Notes under the pieces: generated by a model | What the model saw: the letters and a program-made list of their open reading frames with translations, nothing else | Database searches by the model: none | Told to the model about the DNA's origin: nothing | Position numbers and translations under genes: made by a program | In this document: positions 1 to 7,383 of the stretch, one piece after another | Layout of the letters: every line of letters starts with the position of its first letter | Position numbering within the stretch: the first letter of the stretch is position 1 | From: an uncultured Chloroflexia bacterium | Lineage (GTDB): Bacteria; Chloroflexota; Anaerolineae; Anaerolineales; Anaerolineaceae | Assembly: GCA_963704755.1 (NCBI GenBank) | Contig: OY969938.1 | Span: 900,001-932,000 of the forward strand | Length of the DNA stretch: 32,000 nucleotides | Direction: 5' to 3'

Positions 1-408
1 CGCCGTCGGCGAAGGCTCCGGTGTGGGTGTATCCACGATCGACTGGGCCATCATCACTTCGGTGAGCTTTTCTTCAACACCGGGGAAGGAGGGGTCGATC
101 GAGATCACGTACTCAAAGCGGGTGCGGGCCACATCGTACCGTCCCGCCTGCAAATCTACGATACCTTGCTGGAATTGTTGGGTCGCTTCAAAAACGACCT
201 GGTCATTTTGGGCAGCCACGCGCAAGGAAATGCCCTTGAGGTAACCAAAATAACCACCAGCCGCACCACCGACCAGGACAATCACGATACCTACCAGAAT
301 CACCCAAAAACGCAGGCGTTTTTTCTTTTTCGGTGACCCTGTTACTGTTTCAGCGGAATTATCGATCATGACCGGTTCGGTCTCATTGTCATCTTTGATA
401 GCCGTCAT
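1..408 (-). CDS. hypothetical membrane-anchored protein, N-terminal part only (ORF runs off the left edge of the window)
   Basis: The minus strand is open from ATG at 408 (alternative in-frame ATG at 369) down to position 1. It is missing from the ORF track because it has no stop in the window. My translation is MTAIKDDNETEPVMIDNSAETVTGSPKKKKRLRFWVILVGIVIVLVGGAAGGYFGYLKG...QAGRYDVARTRFEYVISIDPSFPG. That gives a basic patch, one hydrophobic helix and then a TPR-like soluble stretch. It lies 25 nt downstream of murJ on the same strand. Confidence 0.45.
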   Translation of the reverse strand, partial: MTAIKDDNETEPVMIDNSAETVTGSPKKKKRLRFWVILVGIVIVLVGGAAGGYFGYLKGISLRVAAQNDQVVFEATQQFQQGIVDLQAGRYDVARTRFEYVISIDPSFPGVEEKLTEVMMAQSIVDTPTPEPSPTA

Positions 409-432
409 GGGCGCAATTATACTCCAGTCCGA

Positions 433-1974
433 TTATAACCTGAATAACAACTTGGCTTCTGGCCAAATAAATGGCAGCGCAACCAGTGCTCCACCGGCCA
501 GGGCAACCCCGCCCTGGAAAATCGGGTGGACTCCGTTCAGCACCGAGATAGCCAGCAAAACGATGATGCTGGCGGCCACACCACCGGCCAGAGCGCGCAA
601 AAAGCTGGCGCGTACCCTGAATTTTTGCACCATTTTACGATTGAGCAATACCAGCAGCAGCAGCGCCTCGCAGGTTTGGGCGATCGTGTCCGACAGGCTG
701 ATGCCCGGCGCGCCCAGCCAGTGATAGAACTGGCTGCTGCAAAACAAATAGATGACCAGCGTCAATGCAGAAGCCAACAAAGGCGTTATGGCATTTTGGC
801 GGGCATAGAACGAGCGGGTAGCCACTTCCACCACCGATTGGCCGAGCAGTCCGGCCATATACGCCCGCGTAACCCACATGAGCAGGTCCGTTCCGGCCGG
901 GTCGAAACCAAAAGCCAGGGACAGCAGCGGCTGCAAGCCTAACGATAGAACCAGCGCCAGCGGAATGGTCAGGCCGATCAAGACGTTGATGGCCTTGTTG
1001 ACACTGCGCTGAAATTCATCCATCTCTCCGCGAGCGAACTGCTCCGAAAGGGTTGGCAGGATGGCCACCCCAATCGCGGTACCGATCAGGGTTTCCGGTA
1101 CCTGGAAGATCATCCAACCGTAGGTCAGGGCAGTCACTGCGCCTGGAGCCAGCCGCGATGCCAAATTGTCGCGGACGATAAAGATCAATTGGATAAAGAA
1201 CATGGTCGCCAAACGCGGGCCCATCAGGCGCAGCACTTTCAGTACCGGCTCGCTCATGATACCCAGGCCAAAGCTCCATTTAAACTTAAAGCGGATCAGG
1301 CCGGGTATTTGAATGGCCAGGTGCAGGACTGCCCCCAGGATCACGCCGTAAACCAGGCCATAAACTCCCATTCCAAAGGCCGGCAGCGTGATTGGGCCAA
1401 TCTGATAGCCGTGGGTTGGCGCAAGGATAACCGCTCCGAAGATCTGGCCGGTGTTGTACAGCAAAGGCGCGATAGCCGGCAGCAAAAAGTGCTGGTTGGC
1501 CTGCAAGCCCGACATGACCAGCCCGCTGATGGAAAAAATCAGTGTGGCGATCAGGTTCAGGCGCATCAGGTTGACGACCAGGTCTTGCTGGGAGGGGGAA
1601 AACCCGGGCGCGATGCCGATTTGCGAGCGGACCAGGGTACCAGCGGCCAGGGCAAACACCACCGCCAAGCCGGCCGTGACCATGAAGGCCAGGTTGGCAA
1701 TTTTAGAAAACAGGTCCCAGGCGGCCGGTTTGCCGCCCTTGTTGAGCTGTTCGGCCAATATCGGGATCAGCGCCATCCCCATAGCCCCACCCGAAATCAG
1801 GGCAAAGAGCAGGTCGGGAACATTATTGGCGACGTTAAACACATCCAGTTCGGGTGAAAGGCCGAACTGGCGGGCGATGAGGATCTGGCGCACGAACCCT
1901 ACGACTTTATCCAGGCCAAAGAAGACCACCAGAATAAAGGTTGCCCGCGTGACTTGGGTTAGTTTAAATTTCAT
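433..1974 (-). CDS. murJ: lipid II flippase MurJ (MviN family)
   Basis: The 513-aa polytopic membrane ORF has a MurJ-like N-terminus: FGLDKVVGFVRQILIARQFGLSPELDVFNVANNVPDLLFALISGGAMGMALIPILAE. Compare E. coli MurJ: [51 protein letters not shown]. Confidence 0.9.
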   Translation of the reverse strand: MKFKLTQVTRATFILVVFFGLDKVVGFVRQILIARQFGLSPELDVFNVANNVPDLLFALISGGAMGMALIPILAEQLNKGGKPAAWDLFSKIANLAFMVTAGLAVVFALAAGTLVRSQIGIAPGFSPSQQDLVVNLMRLNLIATLIFSISGLVMSGLQANQHFLLPAIAPLLYNTGQIFGAVILAPTHGYQIGPITLPAFGMGVYGLVYGVILGAVLHLAIQIPGLIRFKFKWSFGLGIMSEPVLKVLRLMGPRLATMFFIQLIFIVRDNLASRLAPGAVTALTYGWMIFQVPETLIGTAIGVAILPTLSEQFARGEMDEFQRSVNKAINVLIGLTIPLALVLSLGLQPLLSLAFGFDPAGTDLLMWVTRAYMAGLLGQSVVEVATRSFYARQNAITPLLASALTLVIYLFCSSQFYHWLGAPGISLSDTIAQTCEALLLLVLLNRKMVQKFRVRASFLRALAGGVAASIIVLLAISVLNGVHPIFQGGVALAGGALVALPFIWPEAKLLFRL

Positions 1975-2037
1975 ACCAGGAATTTTATCTGAGAATCCGT
2001 TTTACGGGAGGGATTAATCCACACTATAATACTCAGC

Positions 2038-2721
2038 ATGAACCCACCCGGAATCCTTTACATTGTGGCAACACCTATTGGAAATTACGAAGACATCACC
2101 TTGCGCGCCGTACGAATACTTAATTCAGTGGACGTCGTGATCTGCGAAGAACGGCGATTGGGCAGCACCTTATTAAAAAAGCTGGATATCACCCCAAAAG
2201 ACCTGGTCGCCTTGAATGAGCACAACGAAACCACCGATGCGCTGGATGTGGTTATGCGTATTTTGCAAGGCCAGAGTATGGCGTTGATCTCGGATGCCGG
2301 CACGCCGGTATTTGCCGACCCGGGTGCACAATTGATCCGCCAGGCAGTCGAGATGGGCATCCGTGTGGTCCCCCTGCCCGGCCCATCCTCGTTGATGGCC
2401 ACCCTGAGTATATTGGATTTCAAGCTGGAGCAGTTCATTTTCGCCGGGTTCCTCTCGCGCAACCCTGACCAGCGCCGCCAGGAACTCGTGCGCCTGCGTA
2501 ACCAGAACATTCCGGTCGTCCTGTTGGATACTCCCTACCGGCTGAGCTCATTATTAGAAGATATCGCCAAAATCTTCGGCAAATCCCGCCAGCTCACCCT
2601 GGCTTTCGACCTGACCCTTCCCGGCGAAACCATCTGTCGCGGTACACCGGCGGAAGTCGCCCACCAGGTTGGCCCACGCAAAGGGGAATTCGTCCTGGTC
2701 ATTCACGCCCAGGAGAAATGA
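2038..2721 (+). CDS. rsmI: 16S rRNA (cytidine1402-2'-O)-methyltransferase RsmI (tetrapyrrole-methylase fold)
   Basis: The N-terminus GILYIVATPIGNYEDITLRAVRILNSVDVVICEERR matches the RsmI signature (E. coli [34 protein letters not shown]). At 227 aa it is shorter than the E. coli enzyme. Confidence 0.85.
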   Translation: MNPPGILYIVATPIGNYEDITLRAVRILNSVDVVICEERRLGSTLLKKLDITPKDLVALNEHNETTDALDVVMRILQGQSMALISDAGTPVFADPGAQLIRQAVEMGIRVVPLPGPSSLMATLSILDFKLEQFIFAGFLSRNPDQRRQELVRLRNQNIPVVLLDTPYRLSSLLEDIAKIFGKSRQLTLAFDLTLPGETICRGTPAEVAHQVGPRKGEFVLVIHAQEK

Positions 2722-2740
2722 AGTATAGGAACCCGATTTT

Positions 2741-3140
2741 GGGGCGTCATCCTGGCTTCCCAAGCCGGGTGAATTTTGATCCCCTTTTCCAAGGGGGGAT
2801 CGGGGGGATTCTTCACGCCTTGACAATCACCTTGGCCGAATGGGGTGCGAGCCCGGCTTGGGAAGCCGGGCGAATTTGCCCCCCTTTTTCAAGGGGGGGT
2901 GGGGGGATTCTTCACGCCCTGACAATCACCTTGGCCGAATGGGGTGCGAGCCCGGCTTGGGAAGCCGGGCGAATTTTGCCCCCCTTTTTCAAGGGGGGGT
3001 GGGGGGATTCTTCACACCCTGACGATCACCTTGGCCGAATGGGGTGCGAGCCCGGCTTGGGAAGCCGGGCGAATTTTGCCCCCCTTTTTCAAGGGGGGGT
3101 GGGGGGATTCTTCACACCCTGACGATCACCTTGGCCGAAT
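2741..3140. repeat. tandem repeat, period 99-101 bp, 4 copies (first copy diverged)
   Basis: The unit is GGGGTGCGAGCCCGGCTTGGGAAGCCGGGCGAATTT(T)GCCCCCCTTTTTCAAGGGGGGGTGGGGGGATTCTTCAC(G/A)CCCTGAC(A/G)ATCACCTTGGCCGAAT. Copies start at 2741 (diverged), 2842, 2941 and 3041. Each unit has two 8-bp-stem hairpins: CCCGGCTT-GGG-AAGCCGGG and CCCCCCTT-TTTC-AAGGGGGG. The last unit overlaps the 3' end of the GH13 CDS. Confidence 0.9.
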
Positions 3141-4467
3141 GCGGCTCCACAACCACCTCCAGGCGATCGTAGCTCAATTCAACAGGCTGGTCCCCGTTGA
3201 GCGCATCCACCAACGGCTGGTTGGAAAAAGCCGGCAAATTCAGTTTGAATGGCAGCGGGTTCACCCCACCATTGAGCAGAACCAGGGCCCAATCCTGCTC
3301 GGTCTGGCGTGAAAAAGCCAGCCCGCTCGACTGCACGTCCTGCTGGCGATAATCCCCGTAGCGCAAAGCCGGCAGCCGCCTGCGCAGGTTGGCCAATGTG
3401 TGGATATGCCCGGCCAGCCCCGGCTGCGGAGCCGAGTGCTGCAACGAGGCCAGATCCAGGGCCGGCCGCAGGGCATAATCGTATTGGTCCTTGGCTCCGC
3501 TCAGGCCGAACTCGCTCCCGTAATACAGGGAGGGAATCCCTGGCATGGTGAATAGCAAGGTGTAGAGCGTGTTCAAATATGCCGGGTCCTTCAACACACT
3601 GGCCACCCGGCTGACGTCATGGTTGTCCGCGAAATTGTATAGGCCCAGGTCGCGGTACAGGCCGCCTTCGCCGAATTGGCGGTTGAGCGAATAGGCGATC
3701 TCGAAGAAATTTTGGGTGTTATGGCTGGAATACAGGCCCTTGTAACACTCATAGTTGGTCACCGAATCCAGTTCGGCCGGGTTGGCCCAGGCGCGATAAT
3801 CCCCATGAACCACTTCACCCATCAGCCAGAAGTCCGGTTTCATCCCGCGGCAAAAACCGGCCAGTTCTTGCATAAAGGCATGGTCCAGGCAGTCGGCAGC
3901 ATCCAGCCGCAGCCCATCTACGTCGAAGCGTTCGATCCAGCTCCGCACCGCTTGCAGCAGGTGGTCCCGCACCTGTGGATGGCCCAGGTCCAACTTGACC
4001 AGGCTGTAGTGACCGTTCCACCCCTCATACGAAAAAGGATCGTGGAACGAATTGGTCTGGTCGAAACGTAAGCCGGCAAACCAGTCCCGGTAAGCTGATT
4101 GGGCCCCATGCTGGCGCAGGTCGTAAAAAGCCCAAAAATCCCGCCCCACATGGTTGAATACCGCGTCCAACACCAGGCGCATCCCCCGCCGGTGGATCTC
4201 CTGGCTCAATTGCGCCAGGGTCTCATCGCTTCCCAGGCGCCGGTCCACGTGAAAATAATCGACCGTGTCGTAGCCGTGGGCGCTGGATTCGAAAACCGGT
4301 CCCAGGTAGATCGCGTTGGCGCCCAAATCCTGGATGTGGTCCAGCCAGCCGTAGATTTTTTCCAGGCGCGGCACAGCCGGGGAAGAAAAATCATTCTGGC
4401 GCGGTGCCGCGCACAATCCGAGCGGATAAATGTGATAGAAAATTGCATCTTGAGCCCAGGTAATCAT
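3112..4467 (-). CDS. glycoside hydrolase family 13 (alpha-amylase family; neopullulanase/alpha-glucosidase-like)
   Basis: GH13 conserved regions are readable: LVLDAVFNHVGRDF, GLRLDAADCL, FWLMGEVVHGDY and NFADNHDVSRV. I prefer ATG at 4467 (MITWAQDAIFYHIYPLG) because AGGAGA sits 7 nt upstream. The track start at 4515 would place a promoter and operator inside the CDS. Confidence 0.9.
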   Translation of the reverse strand: MITWAQDAIFYHIYPLGLCAAPRQNDFSSPAVPRLEKIYGWLDHIQDLGANAIYLGPVFESSAHGYDTVDYFHVDRRLGSDETLAQLSQEIHRRGMRLVLDAVFNHVGRDFWAFYDLRQHGAQSAYRDWFAGLRFDQTNSFHDPFSYEGWNGHYSLVKLDLGHPQVRDHLLQAVRSWIERFDVDGLRLDAADCLDHAFMQELAGFCRGMKPDFWLMGEVVHGDYRAWANPAELDSVTNYECYKGLYSSHNTQNFFEIAYSLNRQFGEGGLYRDLGLYNFADNHDVSRVASVLKDPAYLNTLYTLLFTMPGIPSLYYGSEFGLSGAKDQYDYALRPALDLASLQHSAPQPGLAGHIHTLANLRRRLPALRYGDYRQQDVQSSGLAFSRQTEQDWALVLLNGGVNPLPFKLNLPAFSNQPLVDALNGDQPVELSYDRLEVVVEPHSAKVIVRV

Positions 4468-4485
4468 TGTTTTTCTCCTGTTCGT

Positions 4486-4515
4486 TCTATACCGAACGGT
4501 ATAGTAATGAGTCAA
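4486..4515 (-). promoter_or_regulatory. sigma70-type promoter of the GH13 gene overlapped by a TetR-type operator palindrome
   Basis: The minus strand reads TTGACT-18 nt-TATAGA (-35 at 4510-4515, -10 at 4486-4491). The palindrome CTATACCG-AA-CGGTATAG (4487-4504) covers the spacer and the -10. The same palindrome core occurs in front of the adjacent TetR gene. Confidence 0.6.
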
Positions 4516-4591
4516 ATTTTTTTATTAATTGACCCTGATTAATAAACTGCGGATACCGCACGAGCGAGGCTTGGGGTGAATAGGGAATGCC

Positions 4592-5161
4592 TTACGAATA
4601 AATCCCATACTGGAATTGGCGGACTGCCTGGTAGGCCAGCGAGTGGTCCAGAACCGTGTACCCGTTCAGCGCCAGGCCGATATAAGTATTGATCATGCCG
4701 ATGAACGTAGCCGTATACGCCTGCTGGCGCCCGGCCATATTGCCGTGATCGCGAGTGGCCTGTAAAAACAGTCTTTCGATATCCTGGTGCTGTGCGTCGA
4801 ACCAGTGTAAAACCGCCTGCTGGGCGTTACTATGTCGGGGAGCAAACCACAAAGCCAGCGAGAAACGGTAAAAACTCGGGTTTTCGTGGGCAAAGGTAAA
4901 AAAGGTCACTACCACGTTGGTCAACGTGCCTTGCAAATCGCCTTTGCGGTAAACCGCCGCTTCCTGGACGCTCGCGTTTAATCGAGAGAAGTAATCTTCC
5001 AACAACGTTTCCAGCAAGCCTTGCTTGGATCCGAAATAATGATACAGGGTCGGTTTGGTAATTCCGGCCGCCTCGGCGATTTCCTGCACCCCCACCGCGT
5101 CATAGCCGCGGTCGGCAAAAAGCTGTAAGGCGCAGGTCAGAATGGTCTGGCGGTTATCCAT
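4592..5161 (-). CDS. TetR/AcrR family transcriptional regulator
   Basis: The N-terminal HTH region is RQTILTCALQLFADRGYDAVGVQEIAEAAGITKPTLYHYFGSKQGLL. I chose the start at ATG 5161 (MDNRQ...). The track start at 5197 is a TTG inside the -35 hexamer of a consensus promoter. Confidence 0.9.
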   Translation of the reverse strand: MDNRQTILTCALQLFADRGYDAVGVQEIAEAAGITKPTLYHYFGSKQGLLETLLEDYFSRLNASVQEAAVYRKGDLQGTLTNVVVTFFTFAHENPSFYRFSLALWFAPRHSNAQQAVLHWFDAQHQDIERLFLQATRDHGNMAGRQQAYTATFIGMINTYIGLALNGYTVLDHSLAYQAVRQFQYGIYS

Positions 5162-5168
5162 AGCGTTT

Positions 5169-5197
5169 ATTATACCGATCGGTATAGTGGTTGTCAA
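5169..5197 (-). promoter_or_regulatory. consensus sigma70 promoter of the TetR gene with a perfect 16-bp operator palindrome; predicts a (near-)leaderless mRNA
   Basis: The minus strand reads TTGACA (5192-5197), a 17-nt spacer and TATAAT (5169-5174), followed by 7 nt and ATG (5161). The palindrome TATACCGATCGGTATA (5171-5186) overlaps the spacer and the -10. Confidence 0.7.
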
Positions 5198-5258
5198 GGT
5201 AATTGTGAATCGGCAATGGAGGATCAGACACCTGGGTTAGGAATCTCAGGTGTACAAA

Positions 5259-6041
5259 TAGCAGCTAAAGCTGCACCTACAACTACACAAAGCCCCACCT
5301 GCGTGGGGCTCCATTTTGGCAAAAGCCGGTTTCGTGGGCCGTATTCGGTTTGGCCGGCGCTTTCTCGGGTTTGAAACCCAAGCTACGCTTTCAAAGCCTG
5401 CCCGTAGCCCGGCTTTCAAAGCCGGGGGGTAGCAAGGCCGGCGCCTCTGACCGGGCCCGTAGCAGCTAAAGCTGCACCTACAAAAACACGAAGACCCACC
5501 TGCGTGGGGCTCCTTTTTGGCGAAAGCCGATTTCGTGGACCGTATTCGGTCCGGCTGGCGCTCTCTCGGGTTTGAAACCCGAGCTACCCCCCAACTGACC
5601 CCGGCGTAGGCTGGGCTTCGAGTTTTTGTTGCAGCGACCTCGGTCGCCTGGTTAACGTACTAAAAAAAAACGTGCGGCAAAGCCGCACGTCAAACACATT
5701 ATCTGTGTCCATCCGTGTCCATCTGTGGCATTATGAGCAAGGCCGGCGCCTCTAACCAGGCCCGTGGCAGCTAAAGCTGCACCTACAACTACACAAAGCC
5801 CCACCTGCGTGGGGCTCCTTTTTGGCGAAAGCCGATTTCGTGGGCCGTATTCGGTTTGACCGGCGCTTTCTCGGGTTTGAAACCCGAGCTACCCCCCAAC
5901 TGACCCCGGCGTAGGCCGGGCTTCGTGTTTTTGTTGCTGCAACCTCGGTTGCCTGGTTAACGTACTAAACAAAAAAACGTGCGGCTTTGCCGCACGTCAA
6001 ACACATTATCTGTGTCCATCCGTGTCCATCTGTGGCATTTT
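5259..6041. repeat. composite tandem repeat, period about 305-307 bp: two full units plus one partial unit
   Basis: The full units are about 5431-5735 and 5736-6041. The partial unit at 5259-5386 matches the first part of a full unit. Each unit is a chain of hairpins: GCAGCT-AA-AGCTGC, AGCCCCAC-CTGC-GTGGGGCT, CGGGTTT-G-AAACCCG, CCCGGC-GTAG-GCCGGG, GCGACC-TC-GGTCGC and ACGTGCGGC-AAA/TTT-GCCGCACGT. Each full unit ends in ATCTGTGTCCATCCGTGTCCATCTGTGG. Confidence 0.85.
5968..5997 (-). terminator. rho-independent terminator of degV (part of the repeat unit)
   Basis: The minus strand reads ACGTGCGGC-AAA-GCCGCACGT followed by TTTTTTTGTTT, starting 9 nt after the degV stop codon. A second copy with a T9 tail lies at 5661-5690. 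Confidence 0.7.
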
Positions 6042-6902
6042 GCTTTCAGATGCATAGCCGCACAACGCCAGCGCTTTGGGACCGGTATGCGCTCCCAGCA
6101 CCGGCGAGGTGATGGTCACGAACAGCTCCTCGGGGTTGAATTCATTCTTAACCCGTTCGGCCAGTTGCAGGGCTTCGTCCTCGGCAGCATTGTGCAATAT
6201 GGCGATGTGCATTGGCTGGCTTTTTTCGATGTGATTGAAAAATTCGTGGTACAGCCCGTCAATGGCCTTCTGGCGGGAGCGTGCCGGGATCGAGGGCAGC
6301 ACACCGCCGGTAGCCGGGTTCACCGAGATCAAGGGCTTTATGTGCAAAACAGAGGTCAGGAATTTGGTCGCGCCTCCAATCCTGCCACCCCGGACGAGAT
6401 ATTCCATGGTATCCAGGGTCACGTAATAGACCATATTTCTGCGTACCTGCGCGGCCGTTTCCAAAATAGCCTCCACGTCGCCGCCGGCATCCCGCACCCG
6501 CGCTGCGGCAACCACCTGCCAGCCCAGTCCCATCGAGTTATTTTTCCCATCTGTCACATGCACTGGCACCGGCGACTCACCCGCCGCTTGCCGGGCCGAT
6601 TCGACTGTGCCACTCATGGCGCTGCTGATAGTAAACACGATAATCTCTTCCGCCCCTTCGGAAGCCACTTTACGGTAAGCCTCTAAAAACATTTTGGGAG
6701 AAGGCTGGGACGTAGAGGGATGGTTCGGGTCATCCGGCAGGCGCCGGTAAAATTCACCCGAAGACAGCTCGACACCGTCCAAATACTGCTGGCTGCCAAA
6801 AATGATGGTGAGGGGGACTACCGCGATCTGGTATTTTTCACGCCATTCGGCGGGAATGTCGCAAGTGCTGTCGGTGATAATGGCAATCCGGTGAGCAGGC
6901 AT
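6006..6902 (-). CDS. DegV family fatty-acid-binding protein
   Basis: DegV hallmarks are present: IAIITDSTCDIPAEW...IAVVPLTIIFG..YLDGVEL...TSQPSP..F..AY...EEIIVFTISSAMSGT. The start is set at ATG 6902 (MPAHRIAIITDST), because the track start at 6977 adds 25 non-homologous residues. The last approximately 10 codons and the stop codon lie in the repeat element. Confidence 0.85.
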   Translation of the reverse strand: MPAHRIAIITDSTCDIPAEWREKYQIAVVPLTIIFGSQQYLDGVELSSGEFYRRLPDDPNHPSTSQPSPKMFLEAYRKVASEGAEEIIVFTISSAMSGTVESARQAAGESPVPVHVTDGKNNSMGLGWQVVAAARVRDAGGDVEAILETAAQVRRNMVYYVTLDTMEYLVRGGRIGGATKFLTSVLHIKPLISVNPATGGVLPSIPARSRQKAIDGLYHEFFNHIEKSQPMHIAILHNAAEDEALQLAERVKNEFNPEELFVTITSPVLGAHTGPKALALCGYASESKMPQMDTDGHR

Positions 6903-7383
6903 ATCTTCTCTCGTCTTCACAGGGTAATAAGGGATTGTTCCAGCCAAAATGGATGAATATACAGACTGGCAATACACAAGGGCACAGAACGCCTCCCCTG
7001 AGGCGTAAAGATTTTAACAGACGAACCGGCACTTGTCGGGTATCCAGGGGCATACTTCAGGTCACAAAAAGGTCACAAATTTTGGCCTTAATATTAAAAA
7101 ACCTCATCGAAAATGAGAAAATCGGGGGAATTTTCCCAAAAATACGGAACCAGTGGTATAATACAAAATTATATTTTTTCGGGGAAACAATACAGGCGTT
7201 TCTTTAACAATCGTCTGCTTTTCTCCTGTTACTGGTAACGTGCAGTAGAATATCTCCCCCGCTAATCTGTTGTACCGTCCTAATTCATTGTCATCACAAC
7301 TTTGTCATCGGCAAAGTTCTGTCATTATACCTGAATGCCAGTGTACGTCTAGTTGGCCTCTTCGCCAGAGGAGAAGATCTGTT

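Noticed and set aside
3091-3107. G-runs (GGGGGGGTGGGGGG) recurring every 100 bp as potential G-quadruplex formers.
   Set aside because: One G-run is already engaged in the CCCCCCTT/AAGGGGGG hairpin. Four separate G3 tracts with loops are not clearly available within one unit. The idea is purely speculative without biophysical data.
2718-3312. Plus-strand ORFs 2718..3122, 2840..3022 and 2944..3312, which have repetitive translations (LTITLAEWGASPAWEAGRI.PPFFKGGWGDSS).
   Set aside because: They are only the 100-bp tandem repeat read through in frame. The identical peptide blocks follow the DNA period, there is no RBS, and they overlap the hairpins and the real GH13 3' end on the other strand.
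4468-4515. Upstream start codons used by the ORF track: GH13 at 4515, TetR at 5197, DegV at 6977, gltB at 7270, gltD at 11871, glnE at 22502 and GT at 28012.
   Set aside because: Several are TTG or GTG in-frame extensions that add non-homologous residues. Some would bury promoter or operator elements, or the upstream gene's end, inside the CDS. Downstream ATGs fit the family N-termini, and those of GH13, gltB and gltD also have a Shine-Dalgarno sequence.
5979-6686. A 235-aa plus-strand ORF antisense to degV.
   Set aside because: It is a shadow ORF opposite a well-supported DegV CDS. The Arg/His/Gly-rich, low-complexity translation resembles no family, and its start lies inside the repeat element.
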